IMG/VR virus record: IMGVR_UViG_3300045988_153358
Reading direction: 5' to 3' (one strand)
Length of the DNA stretch: 48,302 nucleotides
Origin: a virus
Taxonomy: Duplodnaviria; Heunggongvirae; Uroviricota; Caudoviricetes
Shown piece by piece: positions 27,695-37,295 of the stretch (positions are counted from its first letter, which is position 1; each line of letters opens with the position of its first letter). A program made the translations under genes and the position numbers. Under the pieces are notes generated by a model. It ran no database searches, was not told the DNA's origin, and worked only from the letters and a program-made list of their open reading frames with translations.

Positions 27695-30541
27695 GTGAGT
27701 AAATTATTATTTACGATGACTGACGCCGGGCGTAAGGCGCTGGTTAATGCCAACAAGACTGGAACAAATAAAGTTGAGATCGTTTCTGTTGGTTTAGGTA
27801 GTAGATATTATGCCACATCAACCACACAAACAAAAATAACAGATGAAATAAAGCGACTTACCACAATAGGAGGCAAAGTCGTTTCTCCTGATACCATTCA
27901 TGTAACTGCGAAGGATGATAGTAAAGATGAGTATGTTGTCCATACAATAGGTTTGTATACAAATAAAGGAACATTGTTTGCTGTATACTCGCAAGAACAA
28001 GTAATAATAAATAAAGCATCTTCTACAATTGCTTTAATATCAAGTGATATAGCAATTAAAAATCTTGATACTAAAAACATTACATTTGGTGATGTTGAGT
28101 TTATTAACCCTCCCGCAACCGAAACTGTTGTTGGAGTAGCAAGATTTGCTAATGAACAAGAAATTGATGCAGGTACAGATGATTCCCTGGCTGTTTCAGC
28201 AAAGCGGCTTAAGCAAGCTATTGTAAAACATGAGCAATCACGTAATCATCCTGATGCAACTTTAACATCAAAAGGCATTGTTCAACTCAGTAATGCCACC
28301 AATAGCACGTCTGAAAAGCTCGCAGCGACGCCTAAGGCTGTTAAGGCTGCATATGACCTGGCTGACGGAAAATATACCGCCCAGAATGCCACCACGGCAC
28401 AAAAAGGGATAGTTCAGCTCAGTAGTGCCACTAACAGTACGTCTGAAACGCAGGCGGCAACGCCAAAAGCGGTCAAGGCAGCAAATGACAACGCAAATTC
28501 ACGTCTGGCGAAAAATCAGAACGGTGCAGATATCCAGGATAAATCAGCTTTTCTGGACAATGTTGGCGTTACCAGCCTGACGTTTATGAAAAACAATGGC
28601 GAAATGCCGCTTGATGCTGATCTGAATACGTTTGGTCCTGTTAAGGCTTATTCAGGTATCTGGTCTAAAGCAACATCCACCAACGCAACACTGGAGAAAA
28701 ATTTCCCGGAAGATAATGCTGTCGGTGTGCTTGAGGTTTTTGCTGCCGGCAATTTTGCAGGTACGCAACGCTTTACCACGAGAGACGGCAATGTATACAT
28801 GCGTAAACTCGCCAATAAGTGGAATGGCACTGATGGTCCGTGGGGCGTATGGCGTCACACTCAATCTGCTACCCGCCCTTTGAGTACGACTATAGACCTG
28901 AATACGCTTGGAGCCGCCGAGCATCTTGGTTTATGGCGTAACAGTAGCTCAGCTATAGCTTCATATGAACGCAATTATCCAGAGGAAGGCGGCTTTGCTC
29001 AGGGGATGCTTGAGATCCTCGAAGGCGGAAATTATGGAAGAACGCAACGTTATACCACTCGCCGTGGAAATATGTATGTCCGCTGTCTTGCGGCAAGCTG
29101 GGATGCATCAAATCCGCAGTGGGAACCGTGGTTAAGAGTCGGTCATCAGTCAGAGAGTCGTTATTACGAAGGTGATTTGAATGATGTAACCTCACCAGGT
29201 ATTTACAGCGTTACAGGTAAAGCGACCAACGGTCCAGTACTGGACGGAAACGGCGTGACTGTACTCGGCATTCTGGAAGTGTTGAGGCGGTTTGATGGTG
29301 TTAATGTATGGCAGCGTTATACAACTGCCGGAACAGGTACAACCCTTAAAGGCCGCACCTTTGAGCGCGTCTTTACCGGCAGCTCATGGAGCGAATGGCG
29401 GGAAGTCTACACCTCGTATTCACTTCCCCTGAATCTAGGTATCGGCGGTGCTGTGGCAAAGCTCACCAGCCTGGACTGGCAGACCTACGATTTTGTGCCG
29501 GGCAGTCTGATAACCGTTCGGCTTGATAACATGACCAATATTCCCGACGGTATGGACTGGGGCGTCATTGATGGCAACCTGATAAACATCTCAGTCGGTC
29601 CGAGTGATGATTCTGGTTCGGGACGCTCAATGCATGTATGGCGCAGCACTGTAAGTAAAGCCAACTACCGCTTTTTTATGGTTCGCATTTCAGGAAATCC
29701 GGGAAGCCGCACGATCACGACAAGACGTGTGCCAATTATCGACGAAGCTCAGACATGGATGGCGAAACAGACATTCAGCGGTGGTCTTTCAGGCGAACTA
29801 TCCGGCAATGCTGCTACAGCAACAAAGCTGAAAACGGCAAGGACAATTAACGGCGTAAAATTTGACGGCTCGGCAAATATTGAAGCGTTTCCGCCAGGTG
29901 TTCCGCTGCCGTGGCCATCAGATACGCCACCTGCAGGTTATGCAATCATGCAGGGGCAGACGTTTGATAAGGCAGCATATCCGAAACTGGCTATTGCCTA
30001 TCCTTCTGGTGTTATTCCAGATATGCGCGGCTGGACAATCAAGGGCAAACCCGCCAGTGGTCGGGCCGTATTGTCTCAGGAACAGGATGGCATTAAATCG
30101 CACACCCACAGTGCCAGCGCATCCAGTACGGATTTGGGTACGAAAACCACATCGTCGTTTGATTACGGTACTAAATCAACGAATAACACAGGTGCACATA
30201 CCCACAATGTATCTGGTACTGCAAATAGTGCTGGCGCACATACTCATACCGTTCCATTAAGGAGACCAAACAGTGGCGGTATGAATTTCGACTGGCTGGA
30301 TGGTTCATCAAGTGGCACGGTGGTGGGGAATGGAACTGTGCCTTCTTCTGGCGCACATACCCACTCAGTATCAGGTACCGCTACAAGTGCTGGGGCACAT
30401 GCACACACTGTTGGTATTGGCGCTCATACGCACTCTGTTAAGATTGGTTCACATGGACACACCATCACCGTTAACGCTGCTGGTAACGCGGAAAACACCG
30501 TTAAAAACATCGCATTTAATTATATTGTGAGGCTTGCATAA
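27695..30541 (+). CDS. tail fibre protein (start GTG 27695 or ATG 27716)
   Basis: 948 aa; tandem [23 protein letters not shown] repeats; C-terminal GAHTH repeats. Confidence 0.85.
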   Translation: MSKLLFTMTDAGRKALVNANKTGTNKVEIVSVGLGSRYYATSTTQTKITDEIKRLTTIGGKVVSPDTIHVTAKDDSKDEYVVHTIGLYTNKGTLFAVYSQEQVIINKASSTIALISSDIAIKNLDTKNITFGDVEFINPPATETVVGVARFANEQEIDAGTDDSLAVSAKRLKQAIVKHEQSRNHPDATLTSKGIVQLSNATNSTSEKLAATPKAVKAAYDLADGKYTAQNATTAQKGIVQLSSATNSTSETQAATPKAVKAANDNANSRLAKNQNGADIQDKSAFLDNVGVTSLTFMKNNGEMPLDADLNTFGPVKAYSGIWSKATSTNATLEKNFPEDNAVGVLEVFAAGNFAGTQRFTTRDGNVYMRKLANKWNGTDGPWGVWRHTQSATRPLSTTIDLNTLGAAEHLGLWRNSSSAIASYERNYPEEGGFAQGMLEILEGGNYGRTQRYTTRRGNMYVRCLAASWDASNPQWEPWLRVGHQSESRYYEGDLNDVTSPGIYSVTGKATNGPVLDGNGVTVLGILEVLRRFDGVNVWQRYTTAGTGTTLKGRTFERVFTGSSWSEWREVYTSYSLPLNLGIGGAVAKLTSLDWQTYDFVPGSLITVRLDNMTNIPDGMDWGVIDGNLINISVGPSDDSGSGRSMHVWRSTVSKANYRFFMVRISGNPGSRTITTRRVPIIDEAQTWMAKQTFSGGLSGELSGNAATATKLKTARTINGVKFDGSANIEAFPPGVPLPWPSDTPPAGYAIMQGQTFDKAAYPKLAIAYPSGVIPDMRGWTIKGKPASGRAVLSQEQDGIKSHTHSASASSTDLGTKTTSSFDYGTKSTNNTGAHTHNVSGTANSAGAHTHTVPLRRPNSGGMNFDWLDGSSSGTVVGNGTVPSSGAHTHSVSGTATSAGAHAHTVGIGAHTHSVKIGSHGHTITVNAAGNAENTVKNIAFNYIVRLA

Positions 30542-31158
30542 TGGCATTCAGAATGAGTGAACAATCACGTACCGTAAAAATTTATAACCTGCTGGCCGGA
30601 ACTAATGAGTTTATTGGTGAAGGTGACGCATATATTCCACCTCATACAGGGCTGCCAGCTAATTCTACAGATATCGCCCCACCGGAAATTCCTGCTGGCT
30701 TTGTGGCAGTTTTTAACAGTGAAAATGAATCGTGGAATATTGTTGAAGACCATCGTGGTAAAACGGTCTATGACGTGGCGTCGGGGGACGCATTGTTTAT
30801 TTCTGAACTCGGACCGCTACCAGAGAATGTCACCTGGTTGTCGCCAGCAGGGGAGTATCAGAAGTGGGACGGCGTATCCTGGGTGAATGATGAGGAAGCA
30901 GAAAAACTGTTTCGGATACGGGAAGCGGAAGAGAAAAAGGCAAGGTTGATCCAGGAAGCAACAGATAACATCGCAATTCTGCAGGATGCAGTTAATCTTG
31001 AAATAGCAACAAACGAGGAAAATTCACAACTGGATTCCTGGAGAAAATACAGAGTATTAGTGAGTAGAATTGACACCAGTACAGCTCCGGATATCGTATG
31101 GCCAGAGCTGATGAATCAGGGTTATGTTCGGGAGGACGAGCAGATAACTTCAGACTGA
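30541..31158 (+). CDS. tail fibre assembly protein
   Basis: 205 aa directly after tail fibre gene; typical N-terminal pattern. Confidence 0.8.
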   Translation: MAFRMSEQSRTVKIYNLLAGTNEFIGEGDAYIPPHTGLPANSTDIAPPEIPAGFVAVFNSENESWNIVEDHRGKTVYDVASGDALFISELGPLPENVTWLSPAGEYQKWDGVSWVNDEEAEKLFRIREAEEKKARLIQEATDNIAILQDAVNLEIATNEENSQLDSWRKYRVLVSRIDTSTAPDIVWPELMNQGYVREDEQITSD

Positions 31159-31685
31159 AATTTAGTGATGAATGTTGAATCATCAGGAATATCATGCAAT
31201 ACCAATGCATGAGCACCTATTGTGACATTGTTTCCTATACGCACTTTGCCACCAAGAATGGTGGCATTACAACCAATGGTCACATTATGCCCTATAACAA
31301 TATCCATATCATTAAATTCCCCGCGAAGTCCAATAGTTACTCCGGGCTTAATTGAACAATTTTCACCGATTGTTACTTTGTGACCGATAACAACACTGTT
31401 GAGATAAGAAATATCAAAGCCTTTCCCTATATTTACAGTTAAAGGGACTGTTACATTATATTTATCAAGAATGAAACGTTCTATTTTTCCCGCAATCTTC
31501 CGACAGTATCCGCCTTTATCAAAAAGGTATTTGGCTATGCGCCACCAAAATAAATAACGAACCCTTCTATGTTTTATTGCGCGAACAATTGCCTTTCGCC
31601 AGGAGAAAGGACGCTCGCTACCGATTACTTCATAGTGAATACAGTCTTTAAGTTCATTAATATTCATATCTTTATTATTCAGCAT
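31122..31685 (-). CDS. hexapeptide-repeat acyl/acetyltransferase (left-handed beta-helix family)
   Basis: repeated [LIV]-G-x-x-x-x hexapeptides ([43 protein letters not shown]). Confidence 0.75.
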   Translation of the reverse strand: MLNNKDMNINELKDCIHYEVIGSERPFSWRKAIVRAIKHRRVRYLFWWRIAKYLFDKGGYCRKIAGKIERFILDKYNVTVPLTVNIGKGFDISYLNSVVIGHKVTIGENCSIKPGVTIGLRGEFNDMDIVIGHNVTIGCNATILGGKVRIGNNVTIGAHALVLHDIPDDSTFITKFQSEVICSSSRT

Positions 31686-32155
31686 AAGATAATCATGTGA
31701 CCAATTATTGTAATAATTTTAATGGTATGTTTCTACTGGCTATCCAGCGTGTCTGATATCCAGTAACAAATCGTCAACACGGGTGCAATCAAATGGTGAG
31801 TGTTAAGACTGACCACTTATTACCAGGTATGAGTGGCCAGCATTAAATCAGAACAGCCCTTTAACTGAACTGGCCGCGCTGTTAAGGGATGATGTCACCT
31901 TATCTTTGAAGCCGGACAGCATATTGCTGAACGATGAGTTTACCGCAGGTTTCTGGCTGGGAATCATTGACTGGAGTTAGGCCAGTAGTATGATGCTCGC
32001 AAAACGAGATCCAATTTAGATCCTTTTACTGGTGGATTATCGTTCGATCAGTGAGAGACTTCGTGCATGACCGAAAGTGTTGTGGTAGAGTTCTCTTAAA
32101 ACCACGTAACGTGGTTATGATTGTGGGTGTCTGGTTGGAAAGTGACCAGATATGG

Positions 32156-32268
32156 AAACAAAAAGCCCGCAGATAAATCTGCGGGCTTCTTGCGACATCC
32201 ACGGAAAACCAACAATTAACCATGGGCGCCTCGACAACTCCCATTATACGTTGGTTTTCCGTGGACGC
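32156..32268 (-). ncRNA. candidate CopA-like antisense RNA region for repA control
   Basis: 16-bp perfect inverted repeat 32198-32213 / 32250-32265 with about 36-nt loop; 10-bp hairpin 32163-32188 followed on the minus strand by a U-run. Confidence 0.45.
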
Positions 32269-32280
32269 AAGAGCGAACAT

Positions 32281-33129
32281 ATGGATAGACCAATGCCGTC
32301 TCTACGTTCAGCTTACGTTTGTAATTTGTCGCCGGAGTTCCAGCGTCCAAAGCACCATACGCACAAGCTGCCGCTGGTGTTATCTGATGCTTTACAGCGC
32401 ATTAATGGGCGTGATCTTACGTGTGAGGTTGCGTTCTACGTTAATCAACCGTCAGAGCGGAAGCGCCGGATAAACGAGCATCGTCGTCGGGCGATTAATG
32501 CTGTGATCGCTGCGATTTTGCACCATGTAAACATCATTTCTAAGCGGGTTCTGGCTAGTGCTGAGGCGTTGGCTGATTTTTGCGGCCTGTCTACCGTATC
32601 CGAAGCTGGGAACAAGTCTATAACGCGCTGTACAAGGGCGTTGTCGCAACTGAAAGCGTTAGGTTTTATTGATTATGAACGTCGCTGGGATCGGGTGAAT
32701 AAACAGTATTGGCCAGCGAAAATAGAGATTCGTGATCAACTGCTGGAAACCGTTGGTATTACTGAACAAGCATGGAGACGTGCGGTTAGCCAGAAACTTA
32801 ATTACTTCAATGCGAAGAATAGCGAACGGCTTAAAAAAGCGATAACGGAGGCTGATTATAAGCGTATTGTTATTCAGGAGCAGATGGAGAATGTATGGCG
32901 TCAGAGGAAGACGGCCAGAGAGATAAAGGCAAAACAGAAAGCAGCGGAGAGAGCTGCGCGTCTTGTTCGGGAAAAGGGAGAGGCCGAACTTCGTCATCAA
33001 ATCACCAGAGAGGTTAGTCAGGAATTTGCTGATGGCATGTATCCTGGTGCTGACCTTGCATATTTACGATCCCTCGTTGAGCAGCGTTATAACAGGTTAA
33101 GAAAGACCTGGAAATCACTCCAACATTAA
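32281..33129 (+). CDS. repA: plasmid replication initiator RepA, IncFII RepA1-like
   Basis: central region (GLSTVSEAGNKSITRCTRALSQLKALGFIDYE) closely resembles R100/R1 RepA1; ORF extends upstream to 32152 but that stretch holds the stem-loops. Confidence 0.75.
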   Translation: MDRPMPSLRSAYVCNLSPEFQRPKHHTHKLPLVLSDALQRINGRDLTCEVAFYVNQPSERKRRINEHRRRAINAVIAAILHHVNIISKRVLASAEALADFCGLSTVSEAGNKSITRCTRALSQLKALGFIDYERRWDRVNKQYWPAKIEIRDQLLETVGITEQAWRRAVSQKLNYFNAKNSERLKKAITEADYKRIVIQEQMENVWRQRKTAREIKAKQKAAERAARLVREKGEAELRHQITREVSQEFADGMYPGADLAYLRSLVEQRYNRLRKTWKSLQH

Positions 33130-33400
33130 CCCACCTGAATGATGAATCCGGTTTTACCGGAGGATTATCTACGTCGCAATAAAATATCTGTTCAAAAAAC
33201 AATCTAAATTAATTTTCTCTAAACCTGAACACAGCAAAAATATCGCCTTTACAGGCATCGGCTAATAAAGTTATCCACAGTTCTGATATGTATATGCAAA
33301 TGGTTTTTTATAATAGATGCACTAAACAAATAAATGCAAAATCACTTTCTTTTATTAAGACTTTCTTTATTTAACTTACGCAGGCTTTGCCTGTGAATAT
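33130..33400. other. putative plasmid-type replication origin region
   Basis: AT-rich tract directly downstream of repA with a perfect DnaA box TTATCCACA at 33271-33279. Confidence 0.5.
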
Positions 33401-33772
33401 GTTCGCCCTTGCAGCGAGCTAAAGCTCGCGCCGGTTCGAGTCGCTACGCTCAAATATACCTCCTCCGGCACTTGCCGGAGGCATGGAGCAGCCTGATCAT
33501 CCTTTTCGAAACGGCACGTTTCGAACTATACAAAATCAATTTATATAAGGCCGAAATAAGGCCTACGGCCGGGCTTTGCAGGAGGAAGGGGCGAGCCTTA
33601 TCAATAAACGTCGATAAATACGCACACAGTAGCCATCAGAACGCGATAAAATGTAAGAAACATCATTTCCTATTAGACATAGAAAACTTGTCTTATACGC
33701 AATGTAGTAAATTTCTATTGCCACATAGGAAAAGATTTCCTACCATCGTAGATATAATAAATGGAGATGGTT

Positions 33773-34060
33773 ATGGATAAAGATACTGTTTTAAAAATGT
33801 TGAATCCGGCTTGTTTAAAAAAAGCGGATGAATGGGAATCTCCTACATGTGGAGAAGTTCGGGCAGTCATTGGCCTGACCGGAATGAGCGGCTCGCAGTT
33901 AGCCAAAAAACTAGGCTTAAAAGATAGTCGCAATGTTCGCAACTGGCAGATGTTAAAGGAGTCCACATCCAGATCCAGCATTCCGTATGCAGCCTGGGCG
34001 CTGCTGTGTTACTTCGCTGGGTTAGGGTTAATCTTCATTGATAACAAAACAGATGTTTGA
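33773..34060 (+). CDS. hypothetical HTH protein with C-terminal transmembrane helix (95 aa)
   Basis: HTH-like GMSGSQLAKKLGL, hydrophobic IPYAAWALLCYFAGLGLIFI; GGAG Shine-Dalgarno. Confidence 0.5.
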   Translation: MDKDTVLKMLNPACLKKADEWESPTCGEVRAVIGLTGMSGSQLAKKLGLKDSRNVRNWQMLKESTSRSSIPYAAWALLCYFAGLGLIFIDNKTDV

Positions 34061-34083
34061 AACATGCAAATATGAGGTTTGTT

Positions 34084-34347
34084 ATGGAACTTGTACGCAA
34101 AACACGCAAAGAGTTCTTGGACCTGTATCGCATGGGAGCTTTCACTTGTGTTGTGGCTACCCAGGACGAAGTGACAAAAAGCTGGCGGCTTTTTGCTCTC
34201 AATAAAAAAGGGATTGCCGTTTTCATTGAAAAAGCCCGTGGTGGTATCCGCGAATGGGCGGGATTGAATTATGTGGCTGATTTTTGCGCAGCTATGGGGA
34301 TTCGTCGCTGGGAAGTCCATATGCCAGGAGTAAAGTCACAAAAATAG
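34084..34347 (+). CDS. hypothetical protein (87 aa)
   Basis: ORF track; internal ATG with GAGG Shine-Dalgarno. Confidence 0.45.
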   Translation: MELVRKTRKEFLDLYRMGAFTCVVATQDEVTKSWRLFALNKKGIAVFIEKARGGIREWAGLNYVADFCAAMGIRRWEVHMPGVKSQK

Positions 34348-34535
34348 GGCTTTCGCGTCGAAAATGAGGCGAAACTGAAAACGAGATTTCATTAACAAAT
34401 AAGCAACATAAAAAACGGTGGAAAACGCCCAGGAAAACATGATCTTTTGAGCGGATTTTTTAGATCCGACAATGAACGGTGATCCGGTGGTGCCGATAAC
34501 GTCCATTATGTTAAATAGCCCCGTTTTTCTTGAAA

Positions 34536-34581
34536 TTATAACTCACAGGTTATATAGTTAGTGATATAAACTACAGGTTAT
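34536..34581 (+). promoter_or_regulatory. two dyad-symmetric operator-like sites upstream of the toxin-antitoxin operon
   Basis: TATAAC-N6-GTTATA at 34536-34553 and TATAAA-N6-GTTATA at 34564-34581. Confidence 0.5.
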
Positions 34582-34591
34582 AGGATTGAGC

Positions 34592-34939
34592 ATGTGGACG
34601 GTACTTTTTAGCCAGCGATTTGACGACTGGCTAAATGAGCAAGAAGACGCTCTTCAGGAAAAGGTTTTGGCTGATTTGAAAAAGCTACAGGTTTACGGAC
34701 CTGAGTTACCCAGGCCATATGCCGATACCGTAAAAGGTTCTCGGTACAAAAATATGAAAGAGCTTCGCGTTCAGTTTTCTGGCCGTCCGATAAGAGCCTT
34801 TTATGCGTTCGATCCGATTCGCCGGGCCATCGTTCTTTGTGCAGGAGACAAAAGTAACGATAAGCGGTTTTATGAAAAACTGGTGCGTATAGCTGAGGAT
34901 GAGTTTGCAGCACATCTGAACACACTGGAGAGCAAGTAA
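34592..34939 (+). CDS. type II toxin, RelE/ParE superfamily (gp49/HigB-like)
   Basis: 115 aa; MWTVLF start, ELPRPYADTVKGSRYKNMKELR and VLCAGDKSNDKRFYE patterns; upstream of HTH partner. Confidence 0.75.
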   Translation: MWTVLFSQRFDDWLNEQEDALQEKVLADLKKLQVYGPELPRPYADTVKGSRYKNMKELRVQFSGRPIRAFYAFDPIRRAIVLCAGDKSNDKRFYEKLVRIAEDEFAAHLNTLESK

Positions 34940-35238
34940 TGAGAACATTAGATGAGGCGATTGCCAGCCGTTCACCTGAAAGCCAGGCGCGAATTAAAGA
35001 AATGGCAGATGAGATGATTCTTGAGGTCGGCTTGCAGATGATGCGTGAAGAACTCCAGTTATCACAAAAACAGGTTGCTGAGGCGATGGGTATAAGCCAG
35101 CCAGCAGTAACAAAGCTGGAGCAGCGCGGAAATGATTTAAAGCTGGCGACATTAAAGCGTTACGTTGAAGCTATGGGAGGCAAATTAAGCCTGGATGTTG
35201 AGCTTCCCACAGGAAAACGAATAGCGTTTAACATCTGA
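34939..35238 (+). CDS. HTH (XRE-type) antitoxin
   Basis: 99 aa; HTH LSQKQVAEAMGISQPAVTKLE; ATG overlaps toxin stop. Confidence 0.75.
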   Translation: MRTLDEAIASRSPESQARIKEMADEMILEVGLQMMREELQLSQKQVAEAMGISQPAVTKLEQRGNDLKLATLKRYVEAMGGKLSLDVELPTGKRIAFNI

Positions 35239-35252
35239 TCAGAACGAATGAT

Positions 35253-35280
35253 AAGCCCCTGTTGCAAAGGGGCTTTTTTG
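35253..35280 (+). terminator. Rho-independent terminator
   Basis: AAGCCCCT/AGGGGCTT stem followed by TTTTTT. Confidence 0.7.
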
Positions 35281-35285
35281 CGCTC

Positions 35286-35401
35286 ATAGAATTATATAAT
35301 TATAGATTTATATAAAAAGTGCTTTACAGGTGGGAAAAAATTTCCTAAGGTTATACCCGAAACCGAGCGATACCCGCCCTGGTTAAACCGGAGATAACCC
35401 G
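35286..35401 (+). promoter_or_regulatory. promoter-leader cassette copy 2
   Basis: 118/119 identical to 3821-3939; the single mismatch is in the candidate -10 (TAAGGT versus TATGGT). Confidence 0.7.
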
Positions 35402-35782
35402 ATGAGCATGATTAAAATCCGCAAAAACGCTTTCCTTAAAATTCAAACTATCCTGGCTGGTTCTGTTGGCGTGATTTGCCGTTCTTCTTCAAGCCGCATC
35501 GATGACGGCTACGATGATGAGTATCGTTTGTCCTCGTGCGATGAGGCTTTAACCTGGCTGAAGGAGAATCAGGAACGTGCCCAGGTATATCTGGAAACAG
35601 AGAACGGCAATCAGATGCTCCGTATTAGCGGTCGTTATGGATTTGAAACCACATTCATGGCCTATTTTAATCAGGCTTACTTTGACAAGGAGTTGGCCTG
35701 GTACACTGATCGCATGAGCAAAAGCGAGCCAGCCCCGATTACACCGCCGAACGATAAACCATTTTTATTCCTCGTTAAGTAA
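35402..35782 (+). CDS. hypothetical protein (126 aa)
   Basis: ORF track; conserved leader and ribosome-binding site. Confidence 0.6.
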   Translation: MSMIKIRKNAFLKIQTILAGSVGVICRSSSSRIDDGYDDEYRLSSCDEALTWLKENQERAQVYLETENGNQMLRISGRYGFETTFMAYFNQAYFDKELAWYTDRMSKSEPAPITPPNDKPFLFLVK

Positions 35783-35790
35783 ACACAATG

Positions 35791-35817
35791 CGCAAAGTGT
35801 CAAAATGACACTTTGCG
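35791..35817. other. 12-bp perfect hairpin between convergent genes (possible bidirectional terminator)
   Basis: CGCAAAGTGTCA-AAA-TGACACTTTGCG; no clear U-run on either strand. Confidence 0.4.
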
Positions 35818-35885
35818 AGTGTTAATATAGGGGGCGTTTGAAGATAGATAACTTATTGTGGGGCAAGCCGATAACTTACATTGGG

Positions 35886-36311
35886 TTAGCTTGAATAGGT
35901 AGTTGGTATTTTGAGCATATGGCCAATCTCTTCGAGATGCTTAGATGGATTCTCCCCAGTCTTACCTTCATGTATTGACGCTATATAGTTCAAATTTTGA
36001 GCTGCCCCAAGAATCTCGGTGGCTGATGGAACAAGACGAAAGCCGATATGTAACTTTTTGATATAGAAAGGTAAAGTGGAATATTTCGCCATTAACTGTG
36101 CTGCGGAATCTTTTAGATCATGAATGATTTCTGGCTTTAAGTTCGAGCCAGGATTCACTATTTTTGCTTGGTTACACAATAACAGATTGGATATTTTCCC
36201 TAGCTGTTCCCTGAATGAAATGTAAGGCTCAATAGCTCCTTTGACGATGAGTTGGCCTAGAACAAAAACACTTACACCAGTGACCACGGTGACAAAAGCA
36301 GATGAACTCAT
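35886..36311 (-). CDS. hypothetical membrane-anchored protein (141 aa) in an AT-rich moron
   Basis: N-terminal helix AFVTVVTGVSVFVLGQLIV; own flanking hairpin and promoter region. Confidence 0.55.
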   Translation of the reverse strand: MSSSAFVTVVTGVSVFVLGQLIVKGAIEPYISFREQLGKISNLLLCNQAKIVNPGSNLKPEIIHDLKDSAAQLMAKYSTLPFYIKKLHIGFRLVPSATEILGAAQNLNYIASIHEGKTGENPSKHLEEIGHMLKIPTTYSS

Positions 36312-36412
36312 TTTTTACCTAAAGCCTAAAGATTGGATTGTTAATACATCTTATTTTGTCGTGAGTGGCTATGTCTAATTTATTGAATATCTAGGGAAAG
36401 GTAGAGGATGTA

Positions 36413-36673
36413 ATGACGGGTTACGAATTGAAATTATGGCGTCGTGGGATGAACTGGACGCAGGAGCGAGCCGCCGAAGAGTTTGGGATATCGTTGGCTA
36501 CATATAAGCGATATGAGAAGGGTGAGCCGCCGAGGGTCATTGAGATGGCCATTCGCGTTCTGTCGTTTGACGATATGGTTAAGGATCTTTCACACCTTGA
36601 TAAAGATGTGATTCTGTTAAGGCTGCAAACCCTTGTATGGGAAAAGGTTAAAGTGTCGTCAGAATTGGAATAA
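36413..36673 (+). CDS. HTH (XRE-type) transcriptional regulator
   Basis: 86 aa; HTH WTQERAAEEFGISLATYKRYEKGE; divergent from the membrane protein. Confidence 0.65.
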   Translation: MTGYELKLWRRGMNWTQERAAEEFGISLATYKRYEKGEPPRVIEMAIRVLSFDDMVKDLSHLDKDVILLRLQTLVWEKVKVSSELE

Positions 36674-36734
36674 GGGATCAAATGATCCTTTACGGATCGT
36701 TTTATGGTGGTGTAATGTAAGCGCCAGAAAGACA

Positions 36735-36758
36735 AAAACCGCCTTGCCGGGCGGTTTT
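36735..36758. terminator. bidirectional Rho-independent terminator
   Basis: AAAACCGC/GCGGTTTT stem flanked by A- and T-runs. Confidence 0.6.
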
Positions 36759-37295
36759 CAGTCTGAAATTTAAATCTTGCTTGGTAGGCTGGATTTAAAA
36801 AGACACCTCTTGATTGGGGCGGCTTTCTTGCGTCTAAAGATAATCAAATCTTTTTGCGCCTGCAACCCCTTTTTTACTGGTGCCCATTTCAGACTCACGC
36901 TCGCGTCGTTGTCTTTGCCACTTCGTTGGGTTCGGTGTTTTTGGGCGAAGTGGCGCGCGGGTATGCGTACAAGGGGAAAGTGTGCTGACGCAAGCCAGGA
37001 ACAGCGATCTAAACTAAGTCGAGTCTGAGAAAGGCAGGAGTGCGACAACTCGCCTGTGCTCTATGAGCAGAAGAAGGTATATCAGACGACCAATGGCATG
37101 ATTGTGGGCCACAGGGCGCACACGGCGGCGAAGCATTGGAAACGATGTGGAGCTATCTGGTGGCATGAGTTCCGGTACTCGATCTCGAGCTTTTTTTGAT
37201 GCTTTTGAGAAGGGGCCGGAACTCCGGTAAAGGGCACCCTGTATGGGGGGAGGGGGGGTTGTGTCTGAAGGGTGGTTATCGGTTATGGTGGAATT

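Noticed and set aside
20571-30541. Tandem amino-acid repeats in the tape measure and tail fibre genes, considered as possible repeat elements or a diversity-generating system
   Set aside because: The repeats are in frame and typical of these structural proteins; no reverse transcriptase or template repeat was seen.
32152-32280. Upstream extension of the repA ORF (METKSPQ...) and the overlapping ORFs 32026-32280 (-) and 32222-32473 (+)
   Set aside because: This stretch is occupied by the 16-bp and 10-bp stem-loops typical of an antisense control region. The ATG at 32281 has a Shine-Dalgarno sequence and gives an N-terminal length closer to IncFII RepA1.
33409-33780. 123-aa ORF downstream of the origin
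   Set aside because: The translation is low-complexity and the DNA is dominated by hairpins; treated as a structured noncoding region.
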